Source: a virus
Taxonomy: Duplodnaviria; Caudoviricetes
Strand: one strand, 5' to 3'
IMG/VR virus record: IMGVR_UViG_3300031853_000019
Span: 1-64,000 of that record
DNA length: 64,000 bases
Within the stretch, counting starts at the first letter, position 1. The number at the start of each line of letters is the position of its first letter. The position numbers and the translations under genes are program-made. Shown piece after piece: positions 46,106 to 56,232 of this stretch. Under the pieces are notes generated by a model that was not told the origin of the DNA, searched no databases, and saw nothing but the letters and a program-made list of their open reading frames with translations.

Positions 46106-47515
46106 ATGAATAATTATATGTCTATTTCAACTATAAGCTCTCCAGAGTTTATAAACCTTGAACCTCTTGATGTTAGTCCTTTTATTTCTAAATGTGACAT
46201 TAAAGTTTTGTATTTAGGTAAAAATAGAAATAATACTTCTATTGATAAGGAAACTGCCATGGAAATGGCAAAAACTTTAAGAGGTAATCCTATTGTAGGT
46301 TACTATAAAAAAGAAGATGAAGACTTTCAAGATCATGGTAAGAAGATTACTATTGATGGAAAGGGTGTTCATTTTGATTGCTTAACGCAACCTTATGGTT
46401 TTGTTGCTCCAGATGCAGATGTCTGGTTCCAAGACTTTGAAGTTCAAAAAGATGATGGTACGAGTATTGTTAAGACTTTCTTAATGACTACTGGTTATCT
46501 TTGGACTGGTCAGTATGAAGAAGCACAACAGATTCTTGATGATGGCGGAAAAGGTCAATCAATGGAACTTGATGATGAAACCATGCAGGGGCATTGGGCA
46601 AATGACTTTAATTCTAATAGAGAATTTTTTATTATTAGTGACGCAATGTTTACTAAACTTTGTGTGCTAGGCGATGATGTAGAACCTTGTTTTGAAGGTG
46701 CTAGTGTAACCGCCCCAGAAGTAAGTACAAATTTTACTTTAGATAAGAATTTTGCGACTACTTTGTACACAATGATGAAAGAACTAAAAGAAACTCTACA
46801 AGGAGGTATAAATAAAGTGGAAGAGCAGAATAAAGAAGTTCTTGAGAACGAAGTTCAAGAGACTGCGGAAGCTCAGACTGAGGAACTCGTAGCCGAGGAT
46901 CCAGCAGTTGAAACTCCAGTTGTAGAAGAAACTGCAGCAGAGGACGCAGGAATCGTAGAAGAGGCTCCTGCCGCAGACTTTGAGCAAAATGAGGACAACT
47001 CTGTTGAATCTATTGCTTCTGAAAATGAAGTAAATATAGAGGAACCTTCTGTTGAATTTGAAAAGAAAGAAGACGACGAGAAGGAAGAGTCTAAAGACGA
47101 CAGCGAAGATGAAGAGAATACTGAAGACGAAGATAAGAAAAAGAAAGAAGAAGACTATGCTTTATTAAAGACTGAATATGATAATCTTAAAGCAGAGTAT
47201 GAAACTTTAAAAGAGGAAGTTGAATCTCTTCGCGAGTATAAGTTAGGCAAAGAAAATGAAGCAAAAGATGCTTTAATTTCTGAGTTTTATATGCTTTCTG
47301 ACGAGGATAAGAAGGATGTTATTGATAACAAGACCTCTTATACTCTTGACGAAATTAAATCTAAATTAGCTGTTATTTGCTATGACAAAAAAATTAATTA
47401 TTCCAATAGTAAAGATTCTGATGACAAATTGGCTGATGCAACAGTAAATATGGCTCAGGTTGATTCTTCAACTCCTGAATGGTTGCAAGCAGTAGACGCA
47501 CACAGCAATCGATAA
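46106..47515 (+). CDS. prohead protease / scaffold
   Basis: PIVG; QSMEL; LCVLG..VEPCF; long acidic scaffold-like C-terminal half. Confidence 0.8.
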   Translation: MNNYMSISTISSPEFINLEPLDVSPFISKCDIKVLYLGKNRNNTSIDKETAMEMAKTLRGNPIVGYYKKEDEDFQDHGKKITIDGKGVHFDCLTQPYGFVAPDADVWFQDFEVQKDDGTSIVKTFLMTTGYLWTGQYEEAQQILDDGGKGQSMELDDETMQGHWANDFNSNREFFIISDAMFTKLCVLGDDVEPCFEGASVTAPEVSTNFTLDKNFATTLYTMMKELKETLQGGINKVEEQNKEVLENEVQETAEAQTEELVAEDPAVETPVVEETAAEDAGIVEEAPAADFEQNEDNSVESIASENEVNIEEPSVEFEKKEDDEKEESKDDSEDEENTEDEDKKKKEEDYALLKTEYDNLKAEYETLKEEVESLREYKLGKENEAKDALISEFYMLSDEDKKDVIDNKTSYTLDEIKSKLAVICYDKKINYSNSKDSDDKLADATVNMAQVDSSTPEWLQAVDAHSNR

Positions 47516-47538
47516 TAATACAAGGAGGAAATATAAAG

Positions 47539-48072
47539 ATGGCAAGTATTACAAGAAAAGGCTTTGGTCAAGTAGAGCCTAATCATCTTTCTGCACAGAG
47601 AACTGGACAGATTTATGCTCAGCTTATCGCAGATAAGAATATAAACATCATCGAGAATGGTCAGTTTATGAAGTATGACTATTCAAATAGAAAAGCTAGC
47701 CTTGATGGCACCGTTGAAGGTGAATGGCTGCTTGTTTACAATGAAGAGAAGCTTTATGATCCTAGAAAGCAGGAGCATAAGTATTTTGCACAGGTTAAGA
47801 CTGATTTTGTAGACGGTGAGATTGTACCTCGTCTTTTCAAGACAAACATTGGTGATATCTTCACTACAAATACACTTGGCGCAAATACATCTGATACTGC
47901 AACCACTAAGGCTTTCACAGTAAAGAAAGATGATCTTATGCAGGTTGGCACAAATGGTTACCTTGAGGTAGTTGGTCAGGGTGTAACTCCTACCGCTCCT
48001 GTATTTAAGGTAGTTGACATTACTACACTTGCTGATAAGCAGGATGCAGTTAAGCTTCAAAGAGTACAGTAA
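47539..48072 (+). CDS. capsid-associated (decoration) protein
   Basis: AGGAGG RBS; between protease and major capsid gene. Confidence 0.65.
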   Translation: MASITRKGFGQVEPNHLSAQRTGQIYAQLIADKNINIIENGQFMKYDYSNRKASLDGTVEGEWLLVYNEEKLYDPRKQEHKYFAQVKTDFVDGEIVPRLFKTNIGDIFTTNTLGANTSDTATTKAFTVKKDDLMQVGTNGYLEVVGQGVTPTAPVFKVVDITTLADKQDAVKLQRVQ

Positions 48073-48086
48073 GGAGGAAAAAAGAA

Positions 48087-49172
48087 ATGGCTTTAGATAA
48101 GAAAAATTTAATTGAATTAGCTAGAGTTGTAGCAAAAGCTGATTCTAATTCTCCTACTGCATATAGCTTTGGAGAGAAGAAGTATAGCTATGACGAGCTT
48201 GATAGCACACTTCGTGCTGAACTGAAAGAACTTGTTGGCACTCCTCAACTTTACAGAGAGAATAAGGGTACTCTTTTCACTCTGATTGAAGAGACTATTA
48301 CAGAAGTTCTTCCTAAAAGAGTTCTTGAGCAGTATGGTATGTTCGCAGATATCCGTACATTTGACGATGGTGAGAAGGCAATCTTCTCTATTAAAACTTC
48401 TAACTATGCTAAGCAGAGAGGTAAGAAGTTCGTAACTAAGGTTGGTCTTGCAGGTGTTTACGAGGTATTCAAACTTGATGGATACACATTAGAAGTACCT
48501 GTTGAGGCATGGGGCGGTGCTGCTCAGATCGGTTTCGAGGAGTATCTTGCAGATCGTATTGATATGGCTGATGTAATCGGTATTATCAATGATGGTCTTA
48601 ACGAAGCTGTATATCGTGAGATTGCTAAGGCTCTTAAGAGTGCAATCAATAGCATCCAGCCTACAAACATTGATTCTCAGACTGGTTTCGTAGAGTCTTC
48701 TATGGATAATCTTCTTCAGATTGCAGACTCTTATGGTAAGGCTACAATTTATTGTACTTATGAGTTTGCTGCGCTGATGGTTCCTCAGTCTGGTTGGATT
48801 TCTGACGAGCAGAGAAACGCTAAGTGGAATACTGGTTACCTTGCTAACTACAAGGGACATAATGTTGTAATTCTTCCTCAGTCTTATGAGGATGCTTCTA
48901 ATACTAAGAAGGTAATTGATCCTTCCTATGCTTACATCATCCCTACTGGAGCAGATAAGCCTATTAAGGTTGCTTTCGAGGGTGGCGTACATACTAAGGA
49001 AGTTGAGAATCAGGATTGGTCTACTGAAATCCGCGCTTACCAGAAGTTCGGTGTAGGTATGGTTGGTATTAACTCTGGTATCTGTGTATATCAGAATTCA
49101 AACCTTGCACCTGCAGCTAAGACACTTGTTCTTAATGCAGCACCTGGACTTGATGCGGTTTATACACCATAG
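48087..49172 (+). CDS. major capsid protein
   Basis: 361 aa; highly biased codons; position in head module. Confidence 0.85.
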   Translation: MALDKKNLIELARVVAKADSNSPTAYSFGEKKYSYDELDSTLRAELKELVGTPQLYRENKGTLFTLIEETITEVLPKRVLEQYGMFADIRTFDDGEKAIFSIKTSNYAKQRGKKFVTKVGLAGVYEVFKLDGYTLEVPVEAWGGAAQIGFEEYLADRIDMADVIGIINDGLNEAVYREIAKALKSAINSIQPTNIDSQTGFVESSMDNLLQIADSYGKATIYCTYEFAALMVPQSGWISDEQRNAKWNTGYLANYKGHNVVILPQSYEDASNTKKVIDPSYAYIIPTGADKPIKVAFEGGVHTKEVENQDWSTEIRAYQKFGVGMVGINSGICVYQNSNLAPAAKTLVLNAAPGLDAVYTP

Positions 49173-49255
49173 TCTGAATAAATTAATATCTTTTCTAGGG
49201 GAGATTTATATCTCCCCTAGATTAAATATTTATAGAGATAAAAGGAGATATTGTT

Positions 49256-49798
49256 ATGGAAATGAATAATAAGGTAAAGGTTACCAATAGACATAGAGGA
49301 AAGACAGGATATACTATTCCTGATTTAAATAATCTTCATAGAGATTTTGAGCCTGGTGAAGTTAAGATTGTAGACAAGGAAGAAATTTTTAAGTTGTCAC
49401 AGTTCCCAGGTGGAAGATATATTCTTGCTAATTATCTTGTTATTGAAGATAGCGAGTTAGTTTCAGAAGTATTTAATGAAGTTGAGCCTGAGTATTTTTA
49501 TACTAAAGATGATATTAAGCGTATTATGAAAGATGGCTCGCTTGATGAATTTGAAGATATGCTTAATTTCTCTCCTCTTGGCGGAATTGAAATTATTAAA
49601 CAAGTTGCAGTTGAGTTACCTCTTAACGATATTGCTAAGAGAGATTTGATTCTTCAGAAGACTGGTTTTAATGTTGCTAATGCTATCGAAATCGCAAAGG
49701 ATGAAGAGAAAATAGTTGAAGTAAAGCCTGAGAGAAAGGCGACTACACCTGCATCTAAGCCGGTTAGAAAGGTAGTTACACCAACTGCAAAGAAGTAA
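49256..49798 (+). CDS. head-module hypothetical protein
   Basis: ORF track; synteny. Confidence 0.65.
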   Translation: MEMNNKVKVTNRHRGKTGYTIPDLNNLHRDFEPGEVKIVDKEEIFKLSQFPGGRYILANYLVIEDSELVSEVFNEVEPEYFYTKDDIKRIMKDGSLDEFEDMLNFSPLGGIEIIKQVAVELPLNDIAKRDLILQKTGFNVANAIEIAKDEEKIVEVKPERKATTPASKPVRKVVTPTAKK

Positions 49799-49820
49799 TT
49801 TAATTGAGAGGAGTGATTAA

Positions 49821-50369
49821 ATGACACCGTTTTCAAAGGTTTATGATTTATTCCTCAGAAAAATTACAGATGATATGTATATGGAATTTACTCCAGAGGA
49901 CACTATGAAAATGCTTAATGAATTGCTTGAATCTGCAATTCCTTGGTTTGAGTTTCCTAGAAAGTCGCTGGAAACACAAGAGCCAGACGATCCATCAGAT
50001 GAAGAAGATGGTTATTTTATTAGTGATTTAACTAAAGAAGAAATGAACATCTTAGCTATCTATATGGTGCGGGAATGGCTTGGTCAACAGCTTGCGAGTA
50101 TCGAGAATGTCCGTATGAAATATAGCGGCAGCGATTTTAAATTCACTTCACAAGCAAATCATATGGCTAAAGTACAGTCTATGATGAAAGAATATGAAAG
50201 ACAAGGATTCCATTTACAAAGGTTGTATAAAAGACGAAAGTTAGATAGTAATGGAGTTTATAGGTCTACTTTACATACAATAATGGATACTCCAGTTTAT
50301 CCTTTTAGTAGAGGAAATGAAGATCCAGCGACCTCCAATCAAAAGGAGGAATATTATTATGAAGACTAA
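49821..50369 (+). CDS. putative head-tail adaptor
   Basis: ORF track; synteny; helical. Confidence 0.55.
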   Translation: MTPFSKVYDLFLRKITDDMYMEFTPEDTMKMLNELLESAIPWFEFPRKSLETQEPDDPSDEEDGYFISDLTKEEMNILAIYMVREWLGQQLASIENVRMKYSGSDFKFTSQANHMAKVQSMMKEYERQGFHLQRLYKRRKLDSNGVYRSTLHTIMDTPVYPFSRGNEDPATSNQKEEYYYED

Positions 50370-50679
50370 GTATGATCTTGAGGTAACTCCTGAAACACTA
50401 TATAAAAATATAAAAAAGATAATTAACTTAACATATAAGTTATTACCTATGCGCGAAGAGGGTTCCGATTGGTCTAAGTTATTAGAGACCTTATTAGAAG
50501 AGCTGGTTGGAATGAATAGGTTGCTTATCGACTTACAACCTAGACTGTTTCCGATTATCTGTAAGATGGAAGGTTTATTTAGTCTAACTAAAGATTCAGA
50601 TATGTCCCTTTATAGGAGAGTTATATTTGAGTGTCTAGGTTTACTAAGTAAAGTGTATGAAGATGGAAGCTTTAAATAA
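50359..50679 (+). CDS. hypothetical structural-module protein
   Basis: AGGAGG RBS before MKTKY. Confidence 0.65.
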   Translation: MKTKYDLEVTPETLYKNIKKIINLTYKLLPMREEGSDWSKLLETLLEELVGMNRLLIDLQPRLFPIICKMEGLFSLTKDSDMSLYRRVIFECLGLLSKVYEDGSFK

Positions 50680-51688
50680 TATGCGCAAACGCCTACAATA
50701 TAATGGCGGAGAATTTCAGCAAAGTCGAATGATAGAGGGTAAATTGCAAAGTCTGAAAAAGGCTTTGCTTTATTCTTATCAGGCTGGAACGATGGTTATT
50801 GATAATCCTAAGTATGATGAAAAAGCAAAAGAGGGTATTGAAAGTTTACCTGTATTAGAATTTAGATGTCTAATGAATCCGGATAAACTTACCTTTAATG
50901 AAGATAAAAAAATGTTATCTGTTCCATTTAAAGATATTTGTTTAAATGCGGAGCGGGTTGGCAAGATGTCCGAGGGGATAATCGACATTCCTGTAGAATG
51001 TGGAACTACCTTTATGTGGAAGGAGACCAATTCCCGCTGGTTAGTTACTTTAAGATATCTTGAAGAATTAGCTTACTTTAGAGCAGATGTTAGAAAATGT
51101 TTTCCTTATTCTCTTGATATAAATGGAAAATCATATTGGTTTTCTTCTGTTGGTGAAGATCAAGAGACTATTGAGTGGAATAAGAAAAGATATGAAGAAT
51201 GGAATCAACTTAATTATACTAGATTATTATATATTAAAAGAGATGAAAATACTTTAGATTACTTTAAACGATTTAAAGTGATTAAAGTTCCTAATATTGA
51301 TGGGAAGTTAGAATCTTGGGAGATTCAAACAGTTGCTCCCAATAGTATTGATAATGTTATTAAAGTCTATATCAAAGAGTATTTTGAAAATCCTTATGAG
51401 GAAATTAGTGAAATCGCGCAACAACAAATTGCGGAAATGCATGAATTAAATGAAGATTTAGAAATGTATGTTTATGGTTCACTAAATGTTTCTACTTCTT
51501 TTGTAGAAAATGCTTATTGGGAAATTAAAAATGCTACTTCTGGTATGAAGTTTGAATTAGATGCAATAAAGAAAGATGACAATGCTATTGTAACTATTGA
51601 ATCTTTATCAGGTAAATCTGGAAGTTTTGATTTATACTATAATGATAAATTAGTTAATCATGTTGTAGTTAAATCAATAAAGAGATAA
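50657..51688 (+). CDS. putative head-closure/neck protein
   Basis: ORF track; synteny; beta-rich. Confidence 0.55.
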   Translation: MKMEALNNMRKRLQYNGGEFQQSRMIEGKLQSLKKALLYSYQAGTMVIDNPKYDEKAKEGIESLPVLEFRCLMNPDKLTFNEDKKMLSVPFKDICLNAERVGKMSEGIIDIPVECGTTFMWKETNSRWLVTLRYLEELAYFRADVRKCFPYSLDINGKSYWFSSVGEDQETIEWNKKRYEEWNQLNYTRLLYIKRDENTLDYFKRFKVIKVPNIDGKLESWEIQTVAPNSIDNVIKVYIKEYFENPYEEISEIAQQQIAEMHELNEDLEMYVYGSLNVSTSFVENAYWEIKNATSGMKFELDAIKKDDNAIVTIESLSGKSGSFDLYYNDKLVNHVVVKSIKR

Positions 51689-51702
51689 AAGGAGAATGAT
51701 AT

Positions 51703-52293
51703 ATGCAGAGAAACGCACTATTACCGCCAATACAATCTTCGTTTCTCTCTTGCGAAAAGGATACTGAAATAATTTTGAATAAATTATTTGTAGAAAGTAA
51801 GCCTTATAGTAATTGGTTAAAAAGATTGTTGGTTATTAATACACCTGACTGTTTAGATAAACAAATTATTAAATATGATAAGATTGTTGATGAAATTACA
51901 ATCAAAGATTTAATTGATCAGCAGTATTTGCGTACTACTCCTAGACTCGAACTTTCAGAGCATGAGGATGTACAAAGTTATATTTTATTGACTTTTGATA
52001 ATTTTACAACAAATGCTGTCAATCCTAGATTTAGAGATTGTACAGTTAATTTTGATATTATTTGTAATACTAAACAGTGGGAATTAGAAGATTTTAGAAC
52101 AAGACCATTAATGATTGCGGGATATATAGATGGCATTTTAAATTTTAATAAACTGTCTGGTGTTGGAGAGTTTTTATTTTTAGGATGCCAAGAATTAATA
52201 TTAGATGAAAACTTAGCGGGTTATACTCTAATGTATGAAGCAGTTCATTTTACAGAAGATGATGCTAAGTTGGAAGAGTTATCTAGTAAATGA
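51703..52293 (+). CDS. putative tail terminator/completion protein
   Basis: FDIIC...W...RPL.IA..ID..LN pattern; synteny. Confidence 0.55.
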   Translation: MQRNALLPPIQSSFLSCEKDTEIILNKLFVESKPYSNWLKRLLVINTPDCLDKQIIKYDKIVDEITIKDLIDQQYLRTTPRLELSEHEDVQSYILLTFDNFTTNAVNPRFRDCTVNFDIICNTKQWELEDFRTRPLMIAGYIDGILNFNKLSGVGEFLFLGCQELILDENLAGYTLMYEAVHFTEDDAKLEELSSK

Positions 52294-53084
52294 GAAAAAA
52301 ATCTGTAGTGGCTAGATTAATTCTAGACACTGGAGTTCCAGTACCTTTCCCCGCAGCTCAAGTGGTTATATCTCAACCTACTATTGAAGAAATAGGTATG
52401 ATTGGTGGAGATAATATATTTTTGATGGGTGTTGAAGCTTTGACCAGAAATTATTTAGCAATTCAGGACAAAGTTGATTTAGGTGACCTGTCAAATTTTG
52501 AAATATTTATGAGGGTAATTAGTGAAAAGAATGAAAAAAATTATCAAATCGCTCATGCGGTTGAAGAAGTTTTATTTTTAATATTTCCTAACTACCGAGT
52601 AGGTTTTACTCCAGCATCTATAATGCTACAAGAGGAAAGTGATGAAAATAAAGCAATTCATATTATAGATAAGAATAACTTTGATGATTTTACTTTAATT
52701 CTAAATGATATATTTTGCTTAGATGAAATTAAAGGAGTAAATAATGATGACTATAATCCAATGGGTGACCGTGCAGCGGCGTTGGTTGACAAATTCCGCA
52801 AGAAGCGTGAATTGTTGGCTCAGTTAAGAGCAGAGCGCGGTGAGGATGATAATCAATCTATTTATGGTAGATATATTAGTATTCTTGCGGTTGGATTACA
52901 AAAAAATAAAAAGTCATTAGCTAAATACTCTGTATATCAACTAATTGAAGAGTTTAAACGCTTCCAATTAAAAGAAGCTTTTGACTATACAATTCAAGCA
53001 AAACTAGCTGGAGCAACAAAAATTAAAGATGCCAAAGATTGGATGACTGATATCCGCTTTGGTGAAGTTGATAATGATGAATAA
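52290..53084 (+). CDS. hypothetical tail-module protein
   Basis: ORF track. Confidence 0.65.
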   Translation: MRKKSVVARLILDTGVPVPFPAAQVVISQPTIEEIGMIGGDNIFLMGVEALTRNYLAIQDKVDLGDLSNFEIFMRVISEKNEKNYQIAHAVEEVLFLIFPNYRVGFTPASIMLQEESDENKAIHIIDKNNFDDFTLILNDIFCLDEIKGVNNDDYNPMGDRAAALVDKFRKKRELLAQLRAERGEDDNQSIYGRYISILAVGLQKNKKSLAKYSVYQLIEEFKRFQLKEAFDYTIQAKLAGATKIKDAKDWMTDIRFGEVDNDE

Positions 53085-53110
53085 TAAAATTAATTAAGGA
53101 GGAAAACGAT

Positions 53111-54397
53111 ATGAAATTTGGTGTTCGCGAATGCGCTAACATAGTGTTCAGAGCTAAGACTCCTACTAATATTGGTAAGTATAAGTTTAAGCCTGGACAA
53201 CCTGTTCTTTATATCGATACAGCTACTACATCTTCTGTTGAGCAGGCTACAACAACTGTATATGCTCAGGGTGGTAGAGGTAATGTTCGTCTTGTATCTT
53301 GGGAAGGTGAGAAAACTCTTACTTTCACAGTAGAGGATGCTCTTCTTTCACCTATTTCTCTTGCAATGCTTTCTGGTGCAGATCTGTTCCAGGGTAGTGC
53401 AGATGTTCAGAAGGTTCACTTCCACACTACTAGCACTGCAACAATGGAAGTAGATGCTCAGCATAAAGCTACTATTGATCTTTCTAATGCACTTGGTGCA
53501 GCTGAGGATATCTGTGATTCAAACGATTCTCCCGTATATATTATTATCACTGAAGGTGATGGTAGTTTAAAGGGTGAAATGATTGAAGGTGCTGTTTCTG
53601 TAGTTGCAAAATCTGGTGCTACTGTACATCAGGTTATTGAAATTGCAGGTGCAAAATTAACTGGTCTGCAAGATTGGGCACAGAGCGAGGCAAGTATTCC
53701 TACAACTGATGGATATGTTGATGCAGGTCAGTACACTGTTTTCGTAGATTATTATCTTGATAAGAATGCGACTGCTGTTGATGAACTTCAGATTGCAGCT
53801 GATAATTTTGCTGGCAACTACTATGTTGAAGCAGATACTCTTTTCCGTAGAAAGTCTGACGGTGTAGATATGCCTGCTAACTTAACATTCCCTAATGTTA
53901 AGATTCAGTCTAACCTTACATTCCAGCTTTCTGGAACTGGTGATCCTTCAACTTTCACATTTACTATGGACGCACTTCCTGGCTATACTTATTTCGATAA
54001 GAGTCGTGAGGTTATGTGTGTAATCCAGGTAATTGAGGATCAGTCTAATGCTGATAAGGTTATTAAACCTGTAATGCCTCACAACAAGACTCTTGAGCAT
54101 AAAGCAGATGAGATTGATGACTCTACATACATTGGTTATGGTGTAGAACCTGCAACTCATGATAATAAGAAACTCTTCATTTACGGACCTAAGACTGTTG
54201 CAGAAAAAGGAGCAATCACTCTGACTGGAACCTCTGTTCCTAGTGGAGCGACTGTTACTTGGGCATCAAGTGATACAGAGGTTGCATCAGTAGCTGATGG
54301 TGTTGTAACTGGTGTCGCTGCGGGTGAAGCAACAATTACTGCAAGCGCAGAAGGATATCCTGATGCTACTTACAAGGTAACTGTTACCAAAGCATAA
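53111..54397 (+). CDS. major tail (tube) protein with C-terminal Ig-like (Big_2) domain
   Basis: AQGGRGN..LVSW; C-terminal VTWASSDTEVASVADGVVTGVAAGEATITAS. Confidence 0.8.
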   Translation: MKFGVRECANIVFRAKTPTNIGKYKFKPGQPVLYIDTATTSSVEQATTTVYAQGGRGNVRLVSWEGEKTLTFTVEDALLSPISLAMLSGADLFQGSADVQKVHFHTTSTATMEVDAQHKATIDLSNALGAAEDICDSNDSPVYIIITEGDGSLKGEMIEGAVSVVAKSGATVHQVIEIAGAKLTGLQDWAQSEASIPTTDGYVDAGQYTVFVDYYLDKNATAVDELQIAADNFAGNYYVEADTLFRRKSDGVDMPANLTFPNVKIQSNLTFQLSGTGDPSTFTFTMDALPGYTYFDKSREVMCVIQVIEDQSNADKVIKPVMPHNKTLEHKADEIDDSTYIGYGVEPATHDNKKLFIYGPKTVAEKGAITLTGTSVPSGATVTWASSDTEVASVADGVVTGVAAGEATITASAEGYPDATYKVTVTKA

Positions 54398-54430
54398 TAA
54401 TTTAAAAACAATTTAATATTGATATATATA

Positions 54431-54460
54431 ATGGCGGATGGTGGAAACACTGTCCGCCAT
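54431..54460 (+). terminator. intrinsic terminator after tail tube gene
   Basis: ATGGCGGA/TCCGCCAT followed by T-run. Confidence 0.8.
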
Positions 54461-54494
54461 TTTTTTTATTATATATAAAAGTAGGTGATTATGG

Positions 54495-55559
54495 ATGGCA
54501 GATAGATTTACAAATTTTAAGATTTATAAGGATCTAAGTAAAGTATTAACAGACCCAACAAAGAAACTTATTATAAAAGACATAAGTGAATGTAAAAGAG
54601 TTATAGAAAATGCAATAGATAAAACTAAAAGATATACAGATGCACAATTAGTTAGTTATGGGTTAAAAAAGAGATATGGATCTAATCTTCGTAAGGGGCA
54701 AAGGGTAAAACTAAAAGAAGTAACAAATTTATATATGGATGTATATAATGCTATAATGTTAACAAGAGAATTTTTCACCGGAGCAAACATTGAATATACT
54801 GGAGCAATACTTGAAGATAATACCCAAAAAGTAACCGGTACTTTTACGGTAAGTAGAGAAGAATTTTTTAACAGTATGAGTTTTTCCAAAGGAAAAGGAA
54901 AAGAAGCTAAAGATATTATATTAAAAACGACAAAGCCTTTGGCTGATTTTAAAGGAAAAATAAAACAAGTTGTAAATAGTGAAACTATTGATACAAGAAT
55001 AGAAGCATTTAGTGGAAATAAACAAAAAGTATATGACACTTTTGATAAAATAGTAAGGGAAAGAGTTGGAAATTATGAAGGTATTGGAGGATGGATTTTT
55101 GAAGGATTCCAAAGAATGTATTTTACTTCAAAAATTAAAAATGATATACAACAAACCAAATTTCTTCTTAATATAGAAAGCGGGAGAATTAAAGATGAAA
55201 AATATAATTATGAAAATTATAAAGATTATATTACAAACCTCATAAGGTCAATACAATCTGCACCCGTAAAAGGTTTTCAAGCTGGTGATGTCAATAATCA
55301 ACAGTTAAAGAAAGGTAAAGCAAGCTTAGTTTCATCAACTTATTTAATTGCAACATTAGATAAATTATTAAATATTTTTAATAATTTAGAGCAAGGATTA
55401 GGAACTGAAGCAGAAAAAGGCTTACAAGAAATTTTTACTGCAAATATTCAGGCTGGTGAATTTATTGATCAAGCAGAAGTTGTAAGAGATCAAGCATCAA
55501 AAAGACATATAAAAGAGGTTATAAAATCTATTGATGGAGTGACTTTTAAAGAGTCTTGA
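54495..55559 (+). CDS. A-rich, Lys-rich hypothetical protein
   Basis: ORF track. Confidence 0.65.
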   Translation: MADRFTNFKIYKDLSKVLTDPTKKLIIKDISECKRVIENAIDKTKRYTDAQLVSYGLKKRYGSNLRKGQRVKLKEVTNLYMDVYNAIMLTREFFTGANIEYTGAILEDNTQKVTGTFTVSREEFFNSMSFSKGKGKEAKDIILKTTKPLADFKGKIKQVVNSETIDTRIEAFSGNKQKVYDTFDKIVRERVGNYEGIGGWIFEGFQRMYFTSKIKNDIQQTKFLLNIESGRIKDEKYNYENYKDYITNLIRSIQSAPVKGFQAGDVNNQQLKKGKASLVSSTYLIATLDKLLNIFNNLEQGLGTEAEKGLQEIFTANIQAGEFIDQAEVVRDQASKRHIKEVIKSIDGVTFKES

Positions 55560-55617
55560 CATTATATAAAAAATTTTGTATAATATAAATATATAGAGTT
55601 AAAAGGAGAAAAATACT

Positions 55618-56118
55618 ATGGAAATTTTTGGTAAAGAAGTTACAATTAAATCATATCTTCCCGTGGAAGATAAGATCGAGTTGATTCAGCTTGTCCTTCA
55701 AGAGTCGAGAAATCTGAATAATACTTTTAATGAAATTAAGTTATCTACTTTATTTCCTTTATTTTTAATGTATTATTATACAGATTATGATTTTACAGAT
55801 GAAGAGAAAGCGGAGCCATTCAAGTTATTTGATAGACTTTACGAAGATGGTGTAGTTACTAAATTTTTAGTAGAAATGCCTGCAACAGAATATGACTATT
55901 TAAGAGAGAGCTTAGATACTCAAACTGCGCGGGAAGAGGAATATTTAAACTCAACGAATTTTATTATTTCAAATCTCTTAGCGCAGTTACCCGCACAGAT
56001 GGAGCAAGTTGGTCAAATTATTAATAATTTTGATCCAGCAAAGTATCAGAATGTTATTGATTTTGCAACTGCCGCAAATGGTGGTAGAAACATTAATACC
56101 AACAAACCCGCCGAATAA
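55618..56118 (+). CDS. putative tail assembly chaperone
   Basis: acidic, helical, immediately upstream of tape measure; own promoter at about 55557-55585. Confidence 0.5.
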   Translation: MEIFGKEVTIKSYLPVEDKIELIQLVLQESRNLNNTFNEIKLSTLFPLFLMYYYTDYDFTDEEKAEPFKLFDRLYEDGVVTKFLVEMPATEYDYLRESLDTQTAREEEYLNSTNFIISNLLAQLPAQMEQVGQIINNFDPAKYQNVIDFATAANGGRNINTNKPAE

Positions 56119-56232
56119 GAATGGTCATTTTTAATTAAAATTATCACTCCTATAATTATAATATTATAGGAGTGATTTTTTTATTTATAAAAAATCCAAA
56201 ATGATTCGTGATTATAAAAGGAGGTAAAAGGA

